DNA of 64,000 nt, taken from positions 512,001-576,000 of the forward strand of contig CAWJCS010000004.1 of assembly GCA_963841435.1 (NCBI GenBank), given 5' to 3'. Shown in pieces: positions 18,926 through 28,823 of this stretch; position 1 is the first letter of the stretch; each line of letters opens with the position of its first letter. Origin of the DNA: an uncultured delta proteobacterium (GTDB lineage: Bacteria; Myxococcota_A; Polyangia; Polyangiales; Polyangiaceae). The position numbers were made by a program, and so were the translations under genes. Under the pieces are notes generated by a model. The model worked only from the letters and a program-made list of their open reading frames with translations, searched no databases and had not been told where the DNA came from.

Positions 18926-20836
18926 TCAGCCCGTGCTGTGCTTGGACAGCTCGGCGAGCGCCGCCGCGCGCACCATGTCGTTGGCGTCGTGCGTCCGGAT
19001 GCGCTCGAGAACCGCCCACAGCTCGGGGCGCTCCGCGGCCCACGCGCCCGAAAGGTGCACGGCCGCGCGGCGCACGCGCGCGTCATCGGCGTGCTCGGCT
19101 GCCGTCGCGAGTGCGCGCGCCAGCACGTCAGAGGCGCGCCGGGTCTTGAAGGCGTTCAGCGCCGCGAGCCGCACGTCGGCGCTTCTTTCCGAGCCGAGGT
19201 GCTCGGCGAGCACGCCGTCGATGCTCGGGTCGTCCATGTTGCGCAGCGCTTCGAGCGCGGCGCCGCGGATGGTCGTGTCTTCGGAAGAAAGCAGGGGCCG
19301 CACTGACGTGAGCGCAGGCGGGTAGCCGGAGTTCGCGATGCCACGTAGGGCACGGACGATAGGCTCGGTGCCCTTCGCGGCCTTCAAGCGCTCGGTCAAG
19401 CGTTCCCCGATGGCGTCGGCGCGCTGAGTGTTCCCCGCGCCGCGCAACCTGCGCGAAATCGTGCCAAGTCCGTAGGTCGCGTGCGTGGAAAGGAGCGGGT
19501 CGTCGAGCAGGCCGATCAAGGCGTTGACGGTGGGCTCGCTGGCCGAAGCCGTACGGATCAAGCGCGACGCAGCGGTGAGCCGATCCTGATCCCTTCGTCG
19601 TGGATCCTCCACGATCGTCACGAGCGCCGCCTGCGCCTGAGGCGTTCCCGCGGATGACAGCGCGCTTAGCAAGCGCCCGGAAGCGACCGACCTGCGGTCG
19701 ATGGCAGCAATGGCCTTGGGCACCGTCTCGGGTCGGAGGCGCAGCAACGCCACCATCGCGGCGAACGCGTCCGTCCGCTCGGTCACGCGCTCCTCGCGGT
19801 TCTCCAGCTCGTCCTGGTCGATAGGCTTTCCGTTCACCGAGCCCCACACCTTGTCCTTTTCGGGATCGCGCTCCTGCTCCTCGAGCGCCGCGAGCGCCTG
19901 CTCGAAGGTGAGCCCTGCAATGCGATCCTGATCGAGCGGGAGGCGCTCGGTCGGGCGTGGATCGATCAGATTCGCGCTGGTCGACTTGGTGTGAGCCCAG
20001 AGCGCGTCGAAGTCGGGCGCCGGGGTTGCCTCCGTGCCGCCGAGCCGATTGAGCGCGACGGTAGTTGCCGAGGCGATCGGCGCACCGGAGCCGAGCGCCA
20101 GGCTGAGCTTCTCGTCGCAGCGCACGCTCCGGAAACGGCCGTCGGCGACGCCGATGCTGCACGTGGCGTTCTCGACCTTCGGTGTCACGTCGAAAGCCGG
20201 CATGGCGGCCGAAGCCGGCGCTAGGGGGCGCGCGTCGTAGGCGAGCTTCACCTTCTGATACGTGCCGGGCGCTGGGCCCAGGCTGTAGCGCGCATGATAC
20301 TTGCCGGTGGTATCCGTTTCGTCGACCTCCCAGCTCGCGGCGGTGCCCTGTCGTGGTGCGAACTGGAGCGCCGCTCCCAGCGTCCGGTGGAGATTCGTGG
20401 CGAAGGGCGGATACCCGTCCGGCACGCGCACGTCCTCGAGCCGCCCCTCTGAATACCGGAGCATCACGGGACGCTCGAGGGCGGCACGCACCTGCTCGAG
20501 ATCCTTCTGGGTCTGTGCATCGGTGGTCTTCAGCGTTATGTGCGGGAACATCGCCTGAACTTGCAGGCTGCCGTCCGCCGCGCGCCGCGCCGTGAGCTCG
20601 AGCTCCCCCGCGAGGTCGACGTCGACGCGGCGCCCGTCGCCACCCGGGAGATCCACCTGACTGTTGAGCGTGGCCTGGTAAGTTGCGCGCTCGCCGGGCT
20701 CGAGGCTCGGCGTGCGGGCGCCCTCCACGCCCGCGCTCTTCGCGTCCGGCTGACCGCGCTCGGCCTTGCAGCCGAGCGCGAGCCCCACGGCGACGATCGC
20801 CATCCCGAGCGCGGCGCGCAGGCGTTGCCCCGTCAT
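18926..20836 (-). CDS. Lipoprotein with vitellogenin/MTP-like N-terminal beta domain and HEAT-like repeats
   Basis: Lipobox LALGC; LERPVMLRYSEG, NLHRTLGAALQF and ETDTTGKYHARY; helical repeats ALRGIANSG, IRGAALEAL and VRLAALNAF. ATGA overlap with the upstream gene. Confidence 0.7.
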   Translation of the reverse strand: MTGQRLRAALGMAIVAVGLALGCKAERGQPDAKSAGVEGARTPSLEPGERATYQATLNSQVDLPGGDGRRVDVDLAGELELTARRAADGSLQVQAMFPHITLKTTDAQTQKDLEQVRAALERPVMLRYSEGRLEDVRVPDGYPPFATNLHRTLGAALQFAPRQGTAASWEVDETDTTGKYHARYSLGPAPGTYQKVKLAYDARPLAPASAAMPAFDVTPKVENATCSIGVADGRFRSVRCDEKLSLALGSGAPIASATTVALNRLGGTEATPAPDFDALWAHTKSTSANLIDPRPTERLPLDQDRIAGLTFEQALAALEEQERDPEKDKVWGSVNGKPIDQDELENREERVTERTDAFAAMVALLRLRPETVPKAIAAIDRRSVASGRLLSALSSAGTPQAQAALVTIVEDPRRRDQDRLTAASRLIRTASASEPTVNALIGLLDDPLLSTHATYGLGTISRRLRGAGNTQRADAIGERLTERLKAAKGTEPIVRALRGIANSGYPPALTSVRPLLSSEDTTIRGAALEALRNMDDPSIDGVLAEHLGSERSADVRLAALNAFKTRRASDVLARALATAAEHADDARVRRAAVHLSGAWAAERPELWAVLERIRTHDANDMVRAAALAELSKHSTG

Positions 20837-23800
20837 GGTATGGGCGGGAAGCTGCAGACGCCCTGCGTCTCGCCCGGATTCTTGAGGCAGCCGCTGTAGC
20901 AACATTCCCAGTCGTTGAAGCAGGTCCCGCCTCCGTTCTGGCACCAGCAGCGGAAGCGCGGGTCACCCGAGAGATTGACGCACTGCAGGGGTTTGCCGCC
21001 CGGTCCGTTGCAGCAATCCGCGTCGCGCCCGCTGCAGCTCTCGTCGCGTGGCAAGCAGGGCACGCACTGGTTGTTCACGCACCCGCCGCTGCAGCAGTCC
21101 CGATCGTCGCTGCAGGACTGCCCGTCGGATTTGCAAGGCCCGCAGCGCCCGAGGCCGTCGCCGAACGGATCGATCAGGCAGTTCGGTGCCGAGGCGCAGC
21201 AGTCGTTGTTGTCGTTGCACGTTTCGCTGAGGGTGCGACAGGAGCTGCACACCGTGCCCGCCTTCATGGGATCGGGATCGGAGAAGCAGATCGGCACGTC
21301 GTCGCAGCAATCGGCGTTCCGATCGCAATGCTCGTCCTTCATCTTGCACGTGCACAGGTTGTCGTAGAAAAGCTCCTCCGCTTCGCTCGGAGAGTACGCG
21401 ACGGTTGGAGGTGATCCAACCGGGGGCGCCGTCGACGGCGGCGGCGGAATCGCGATCCTCACGAACGGCGACGGCATCTGGACGACGCCCCATTCCTCGA
21501 TGCCGACCGACGCTCCGCCCTCGCCGTCGCCCTCGAACAGCTTGAACTCCTTGGGCGGCAGGCCGTCGAAACCGATGATCTTCGCGCGCCAGGTCTTGCT
21601 GAAGAAGAAGAACTTGATCTTGACCTTGCCGTAGAACGCGCCCTCCAGGATCTGCGTGAGCTGGACCTTCGCGCCGTAGGTGTAGTTCAGGAAGAAACGG
21701 TATTGCTGGGCGCCGCCCGGTGGGAACACTACCTGCGTGCCGTACTCGTCCGCCTCGATGATCGGACGGTTGTCACGCTCGGCGAGCACGTCGATGCCGG
21801 CGCCCGCGTGGAGCGGGATCGTGAGGTTCGCGAGCGTGAGCTGACCTTCGATGCCGGCGTGTGCGGAGAAACCGTTGACGCCGAAGCCGGCGCCCACGAA
21901 AAGGCGGATCCTCGCGAAGGCGGTCGGCCCGGCGTTGGCCGTCACCTTGGCCACGGTCTGGCGCTGGTTTTGCGCGAGCAAGCCCGCCGGAGTGAACTGG
22001 AAATCGATGGCCCCCGTGATGCCGTAGCCGAGGATCGCCTCGACCTCGAGCTTCATCGGGATCGGGCCGATCGCGAACGGCACGTCGAGCAGCAGCGCGC
22101 TTTCCTCCGCCGGCGGGCCGCCCAGCGGGAACGAGCGAATCTCCTCGGGGAGTGCGCTCGAGGAGAGCAGCTTCCCTGGGAGCTCGTTTACGCTCGTGAT
22201 GAGCTTTTGGATCTGGTCGTTGTAGTACTGGACGAAGCGCTGAACCGTCTGCTCGGGGCTCTCGCTGCTGCAGTCACCGGCCGGGAAGTCGAGCGGCGGA
22301 TCGCCGGCGACCTGTTCGCAGAACCCGGTGGCGAATGTTTGCCCCTGGTCGCGCAGGTTCGTGTACTGCCGCACCAGCTCCTGGGCGTCGCGCAGGGCCT
22401 TCTTTGCGCGGTTGACCGTTTCCTCGAAGGTGGTGAGCGCTGTCGCGCAGGCGGTGCCGTCGAACACGTCGTTCGAGTCGATCGTCGCGCTCCGCCCCAG
22501 GATCTCGGGCAAGAAGTCTTGTCCGAACACCTCCAGCTTGGTTCCTGCCGTTGAGAAGTGGCATTGGTCGGCGACGACCTGCGCGGCCGCGTTCAGGATC
22601 TCGACGCGCGGGCTGATGCCCAGGAACGAGAACTGCGCCGCCGCCGAGAACGACGCCGTGGCGCCGAGGTCGAAGCGCGACAGCCCGAAGGGTAGGGGAG
22701 TCGTCGAGTAGTTGAGGTCGAGGTTCGGGTCGAAGTCGAACTTCAACACGCTGCCGCCGCCGCTGTGACCCTCCTTGCTCTCCGCGACGTCGCGAGGTGG
22801 CAGGGTGTCGTCGACGGGGTAGCTGCACCACGGGTGCGACTGACCGAGTGGCACGCACGGCGGCGACGGACACGGCGTCGGATCGCCGGGATACGTCGGC
22901 TGCGGATCCGGGGCGGGAGGACCCTGGAACATGTCATCCGGGACGAAGGGGCCTTCACCGAGATCGGTCGCGGGATCGTTCTCTGGATTGGAGTCACCCA
23001 CGACGCCGGGGGGGTACAGAGCTCGACCTGCCCGCAGGGATTCGTATCGGTGTCCGACACGGAGCACGAGCCGATGGGCGTGCCGCAGCGCTTGACGCCG
23101 AGGCACGTGTGCGGACAGTCGCCGTCGGTGTCGGGGTCGCACGCTGAGCAGTCGTAGTGCTCCCGGCAGATTTCGCCGGCCGCGCAGTCCGCGTCCGTCG
23201 TGCACTCGAAGGTCGTGTTGACGTTGATGAGATCGCAGAACGTCGCTTCGTCGGCGAGCACGGGACAGCCGTTGAGGTTCGGCTCGGCCGCCGCGCCGAC
23301 ACACGCGCTCGCACAGTCGTCCGTCGGGTCGTTGCAGCCCGCGAGGCAGTTGTCCACCTCGGTCTGGAACTGCGCGAAGTCGGCGGGAAGCTCGGAGTTT
23401 ACGTCAACGCAGTCCGGGGCGTCGCCCGAGGTCGGGCAGGGCGGCGCGCCGGGAATGAAGTTGCTGCAGATGGGCGGGAAGGGGGGCCCACCCGTGCTCG
23501 GGCGCGCGGGCTGCTCGCACACGTACGGCAGCGCGTTGGCGCAGGCGCGGTCCGTCCAGGTGCCACCCTGCGACGATGTCTGGATCGCTCCGCAGTCCTC
23601 GGGCCCGGGCGTCGCTCCGCCCCAGTTCGTGTACGCGAAGTCGACCGGTTGCCCTCCCGGGCCGCCGAGCCAGAAGGGCGCGCCGGCGGGGCCCACGGGC
23701 GTGCTCCAGCGCCAGTCACCTTCCGCGCCCTGATCGTTCGCGCCCATCCACGAAGTGCCGCTCGCGAACGCGGCCACGAAGCCATTCTCGAGCGCATCCT

Positions 23801-25751
23801 CGATGCTCACGAGGCGACGGCCCGGCAGGTTGTCGCACGCTTGTGCCGCCTGGCTCCAGGTTGCTGGCGGGCAGAACCAATACAGACTCTGCTGGAACGC
23901 ACGGAGCTGGCAGCCGGGCGCCGGGATGCACGAGTTCGGGTCGCCGCAGACGCCCGCGCCGTCGCAGCTCGATGCCGCGTCGCCGAATTGAGTCGGGCAT
24001 GCACCGTCCGTGCAGGGCGTGCCGGCGGGCCTCAGCGACGACAGGCCAACACACCCGCACTGGCCGGGGATAGCGTTGTTCTGGTCCGCCGTGCAGACCT
24101 CGATGCAGTCGGGCGAGCCGTCGTGGTCCGTGTCGGTCTCCGGCTTACCGCAGCCGCAGGCTCCGGGCGCGGTCTTCGCCGGATCGAGTGTGCAAAGATC
24201 GGTGCAGTCGTTGACCCCGTCGCCGTCGGTGTCACCGAGCGGGCAGAGGAAGGTCCAATCGAATGGCGTGCAGTGCACGGTGGCGTTCGAGACGACCTCG
24301 ATTTCCTTGGCGAAGAAGCTGCCGTCGTGCACGCCCACCGGATCGGGGCGGCGGAGCTCGATGCGGCCGTTCGGAGCCACGAGCGTGCCGAAGAACGGTG
24401 CCTGCAAGAAGATCGGCACGCTCGTGTCGCCGAGCACACCCACCAAAACGGCGCCAGCCGGCCCACCGTCGTCGACGAACGCGCCCTTGTACGTAAAGGT
24501 CGTCCGCACGTAGATGAAGATCGGCCCGTTCGACTTGTCGAGGTGGATCTCCGCCTGCGGCTCGGTGTTGAACGACTCGAAGAAGTACGTGCCGCTTGTC
24601 AGGTTCACGCGATTGCGCGAATGGATATTGAAGCTTCCGTACGCACCCGGGGCCACGTCGAGCACCGGGGTCGTTCCGCCGGGCGCGGCCGGCATGAAGA
24701 TGTCCCCGCCGTTCGAGAGCGGCCACGCAACGTTCCAGGTCGTGTCGGCGCCAGCGACGACTTGATTTTCGAGCTCGCTCCCGAGCACCATGGCGCCTGC
24801 CTGCTTGGTGATGGTGCCCCCCGTGTGGACGAAGCCCGTAACCTGGGCGTTCGACGCCAGGAACACCGAGCTCACGCTGGACAGGTTGCCCTCGAGATGT
24901 GTGCCGGCCGCGAGGCTCGTGCCGTTGCTGCCGAGGTTGCCCACTGCCACGAGCTGACCCGGCACGCCGAGCGTGGTGCGATCGTCGAACACGAGCTGGC
25001 TCGTGGCCGAAACGCATGTGTTTTCGAGCGGGGAGCCCGCCGGAATGCGCACGGTGAACGTCTCGCCACCGGCGCCGCTCACGCCGCCGGACCCCGAGCT
25101 GCCGGCGGTCCCGCCGGTGCCGGTCGAGCCACCGGTGGTGCTGCTGCCGCCGGTTCCGCCGGTTCCGCCGGTTCCGCCGCTGCCACCGGGCTCGCCGAGC
25201 ACGAGATTGTCGATGAGGTACGGCGCGCTCAGCCGCGGAGCGTTGACGACGACCTTGAGCGTCAGATCGGTGTACGAGCCTTCGAGCTTGGATTCGACCG
25301 CCGCCGGCAACGGAAAGCTCACCGTCTGGTAGCTGCCCGCGAGCATCCCGACGAGCGAACGGCTTCCGAGATCCTGCCAGGAGAGGCCGAGCGACGGCGA
25401 GACGAGGATCAGCCGCACCTCGCCCCAAGGGACGGAGGCCGGGAGGCGAACGGCATAGCTGGCGGTGCTCAGCACGGGGCCGAGCGAGCTCAGCGGAATG
25501 CTGTTGATCTCCGTCCAGCCGTTCGGGAGCACGCCGAGCGCGGCAGAGCCCTGTGCCACGATTGAGCTCTGACTGAGCGTGCCGGAGGGGGAGCTCCAGT
25601 CCTGCGTCGGGGCCTCGAAACCGAGCACCCGCTGCTGCGTCGCCGTGAGCGCCTCGTTCGCAACACCGACGTTTTCCCCTGGTTCCACGCCGCTGCAGGC
25701 GAGGAGCAGCAGCGCTCCACCACACCAAATCCGCCCGATGAGCTTCGTCAT
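20833..25751 (-). CDS. Large secreted multidomain lipoprotein (CBM-like, beta-solenoid, TSP3-like, C-type lectin, beta-sheet and Cys-rich domains), frameshift at ~23010
   Basis: Lipobox LLAC; DTDGDGVNDCTDLC; C-type lectin WMGAND..EGDWRW...DC...WTDRAC...YVCE. One extra base in the G7 run at 23008-23014 joins ORFs 22743..25862 and 20833..23304. Confidence 0.75.
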
Positions 25752-26228
25752 GATGACCCCTGACGTGAAGTGCCGCCCGACCTCGCGCTGCCGACCACCC
25801 GGCCCTGTCCACTTCGTGGCAGCTTCAAGCAACCCCTTACCGAAGGCGCGCCGCTCCGGCAATGAAAATTTTCGTCACGCAATTTCTGTCTTCCTTCGAG
25901 CGTTCGCAACCCGCACGACACATCGGGCGTGAGATAGCGCGAGACCGCGCGTCGCTTTGCGTAGCGTGCGCGAATAGCTTGCGCGATCGCGCGGTCTTCG
26001 GGGTCATGTCGGCCCGAGCGATCATCCTTCCCGTGCGACCGGAGCCCACTCCGCTTTCCCCCGCGTTTCGTCACGACGATCACGCGCGTTGCCGGGCGCG
26101 GCACGCGGGTCGCCCCTGGCGCTCGCTCCCGACGGCGTGCGTGCTACGGTGGAGCCTGATGGCGGCCCCGGGCGGGCCGAATTCGGAAGGGATTCTCGCG
26201 GCAGCGAGCGCGGGGTAAGGACGGCAGC

Positions 26229-26936
26229 ATGAAGTCAGGCTTCTGGGCGGTGGCTCTCGGGATCTCGTTCGTGGGGACGGGCTGCGGCAGCGGCGATGAC
26301 GACTCGGCAGGCGCGGGGAGCGGCGGTATGGCCGCGGGCGGCGGCACGGCCGGCGGCGGCGGCGCTGGAGGCAGCACGAGCGGGACGGGCGGCAGCAGTG
26401 GCACTTCTGCTGGCTCGAGCGGCGCCGGATCCGGCGGAGCATCCGGCGGCGGCACGGCGGGCGGCGGCGGCACGGCGGGTGGCGGCGGCACGGTCGGCGG
26501 CGGCGGCCGCAGCGGAGCCGGCGGCGCGAGCGGCAGCGGCGCGGCCGGCACGTCGGGCAGCGGCCTGCCACCGGGAAGCGTTGGCTCGGGCGAGGTCAAC
26601 TGCCGGTTCTTGCCCGGCACTTGCGAGGCCGGCAGCGTTTGCTGCCTCTACGAGTTCGGCGGCACCACCGAATGCGTCGGCGGCTTCGCGGCGTGCGTCT
26701 GCAACCAGCCTGGCAACTGCAATGCCATTGGCTGCGACGGCCCCGAGGACTGTCCGGGCCAGGTCTGCTGCGGCACCTTCAACGACAACCGCTCCGGGCC
26801 CGTGTTTTCGTACACGTCTTGCCGCGCTAGCTGTGACGACACACTGGAAGCGACGATCTGCAAGGCGAGCAGCGATTGCCCGACAGAAACCCCGGTCTGC
26901 GACGCGACGACGCTCGGCTACATGAGGTGTTTCTGA
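26229..26936 (+). CDS. Gly-linker, Cys-rich lipoprotein
   Basis: Lipobox GTGC, Gly/Ser/Ala linker, and CDGPEDCPGQVCC-type Cys-rich end. Confidence 0.75.
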   Translation: MKSGFWAVALGISFVGTGCGSGDDDSAGAGSGGMAAGGGTAGGGGAGGSTSGTGGSSGTSAGSSGAGSGGASGGGTAGGGGTAGGGGTVGGGGRSGAGGASGSGAAGTSGSGLPPGSVGSGEVNCRFLPGTCEAGSVCCLYEFGGTTECVGGFAACVCNQPGNCNAIGCDGPEDCPGQVCCGTFNDNRSGPVFSYTSCRASCDDTLEATICKASSDCPTETPVCDATTLGYMRCF

Positions 26937-27409
26937 TGAGCGCGCAAAGGCCGCGCCCGAGGGCGGAGCTCCCGATCTTCGTGCTGCTCGGCGCGGCGCA
27001 GCTCGCGTGCGCCCGCGATCCATCGCCCGGCCCCGCTGAAGAGGGGCGTGCCGCACTCGCCGCGTCCGCGCCTTCCGGCGCGGTCCACACTCCGTCTGCC
27101 GCGCAGGCGGCCGATCCGGCGTCCACCGCAGCCCCGCCGAGCGCCGACGCGCCGTGCCGCGCCGTCTGCGAGCAGGGGAAAGCGCTGCATTGCCCGCAAA
27201 GCGGCAGCTGTCTCGAAAAATGCCGCGCCATGCTCGCCGTTCCGGTGTGCCGGGGCGAGCTCGAGCACGCGCTCGCCTGTTTCGCCCGCCAGCCCGCCGA
27301 GCACTGGCAGTGTGACGAGGACGGTGACGCCGCGATCCGCGAGGGCTATTGCGACGCGGAGCAGGGTGCGTTCGCCGCCTGCCTCGGCAAGGCGCGGAAA
27401 GTACCCTAG
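26936..27409 (+). CDS. Cys-rich lipoprotein
   Basis: TGATG overlap with the previous gene; lipobox QLAC; 10 Cys in the C-terminal half. Confidence 0.7.
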   Translation: MSAQRPRPRAELPIFVLLGAAQLACARDPSPGPAEEGRAALAASAPSGAVHTPSAAQAADPASTAAPPSADAPCRAVCEQGKALHCPQSGSCLEKCRAMLAVPVCRGELEHALACFARQPAEHWQCDEDGDAAIREGYCDAEQGAFAACLGKARKVP

Positions 27410-27416
27410 GCTGCGC

Positions 27417-28415
27417 TCAGCGCTGCATCACCATCGCGGTGTAGACGTAGGGCGGCCCGCTCAAAGAGACGAAGTAGAGCGAACGGCAGTCGGCTGAGAT
27501 CGCGGGGGAGCCGTAGTTGAGCACCCCCGTAGTGTCCGTGAGCAGTGCCACCGGGGCGCCGAAGGCTCCTCCCGGGGCGCTCCGCGTCGCAACCTGGATC
27601 GACGAGAGGGTGCTCGCCGTGCGGGACGACCCGAACAGACTGCGATCATCGGACGATAGATCCGGGGTCACCAGGCTCTCGAGCCCCGTGAGCGCCGTGC
27701 CGTTCGAAAAAGGGCTGCTCGTGTCCGCGCGCGTGAATGCTAGCGGTGCACCAGTCTGCGCGTTGGTCGGGGAGGTGATGAGCAGGAGCTCGGTGCTGTC
27801 GACCGTCGGGCCCGAGCTCACCTGACCGTAGGTCGTCGCGTCGACCGCGAACGGGTCCGCGCGCGATGCCCGGCGCGCGACGTGCAGGTCGGTCGGCGCC
27901 GCATCCCCGCTCGCATAGCAAACGAAATAGTAGCTCAAGCCGTCGGCGCTGAGATCCCCCGAGCGGTAGAGTGCGTCGTCGCCGCAGGCGACGTTGAGAG
28001 AGGGGAGGGCATCGCCGGCCGGAAACATCGCCTGTTTGTTCGGACGCACGCTGTGAAAAAAGCTCCGCGCGCCTTGGTTTTCGGGGCCTGGACCGAGCGC
28101 ATAGACGAGCTCGAGCTCGTCGGCGCTGATGGAGAGGCTGCCGACCTCGTCCTCGGGAGCCGTCAGGATCGGGCGCGGATTGCCGAAGTCACCCTCGCAG
28201 TCGATGGTCGCGCCCGTGCCGCCGTTTCCGGCCCCAGCGCTGCTCGATCCGCCGCTACCGGTGGCGCCCGCCGTGCCGCTCGCGCCCGCGCCGCCGCTCG
28301 TTCCCGCGCGGCCACCGGCGGGGCTACCACCGCTGGCTCCTGCGTCGCCTGCTCCCGACTCGCCTCCGCAGGCGGCTAGCAGCAGCGCCAACGCGACCGC
28401 TTTCGACCAGCTCAC
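27417..28415 (-). CDS. Lipoprotein with PD40/WD40-like beta-propeller repeats
   Basis: Lipobox LAAC and Gly linker; repeats SISADELELVY, DLSADGLSYYF, PDLSSDDRSLF and PAISADCRSLYF. Confidence 0.75.
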   Translation of the reverse strand: MSWSKAVALALLLAACGGESGAGDAGASGGSPAGGRAGTSGGAGASGTAGATGSGGSSSAGAGNGGTGATIDCEGDFGNPRPILTAPEDEVGSLSISADELELVYALGPGPENQGARSFFHSVRPNKQAMFPAGDALPSLNVACGDDALYRSGDLSADGLSYYFVCYASGDAAPTDLHVARRASRADPFAVDATTYGQVSSGPTVDSTELLLITSPTNAQTGAPLAFTRADTSSPFSNGTALTGLESLVTPDLSSDDRSLFGSSRTASTLSSIQVATRSAPGGAFGAPVALLTDTTGVLNYGSPAISADCRSLYFVSLSGPPYVYTAMVMQR

Positions 28416-28823
28416 GCGCGGGAGGTTACGGCACCAGACGCCGTCTTTCAACGCCGTCCACCAGTGCCGTGCGGGTGGTCGCTCGGCGTCGGTCGATAGG
28501 CGGAGGCGGATCGCGAAGATGGCGTGCCCCGATTGAAGCCTCGGCGACGCGCGCAACAAACTCGTGGCCGACGAAATTTTGTCGGACGCGCCGGCGCGAT
28601 GCCATGTTATTGGAACTCGCATGCGGCTTGGAGCGGCCAAGCGGGGCAGCGGGCGCGCGGGCGTCTCTTCGTTCAAGAGGCGCGCCCGTCGATCCGGGAG
28701 AGCGAGCGGGCTCGCATGAGGAGTTGCCCGCTCATCTAGGACAGATCGCTTCGGGGCAGAGGTCAGTCGAGCCGAGCGCTTCGGCAGTATCGACGACGAC
28801 ATTCGAAAGAAAAAGGGAGGTGA

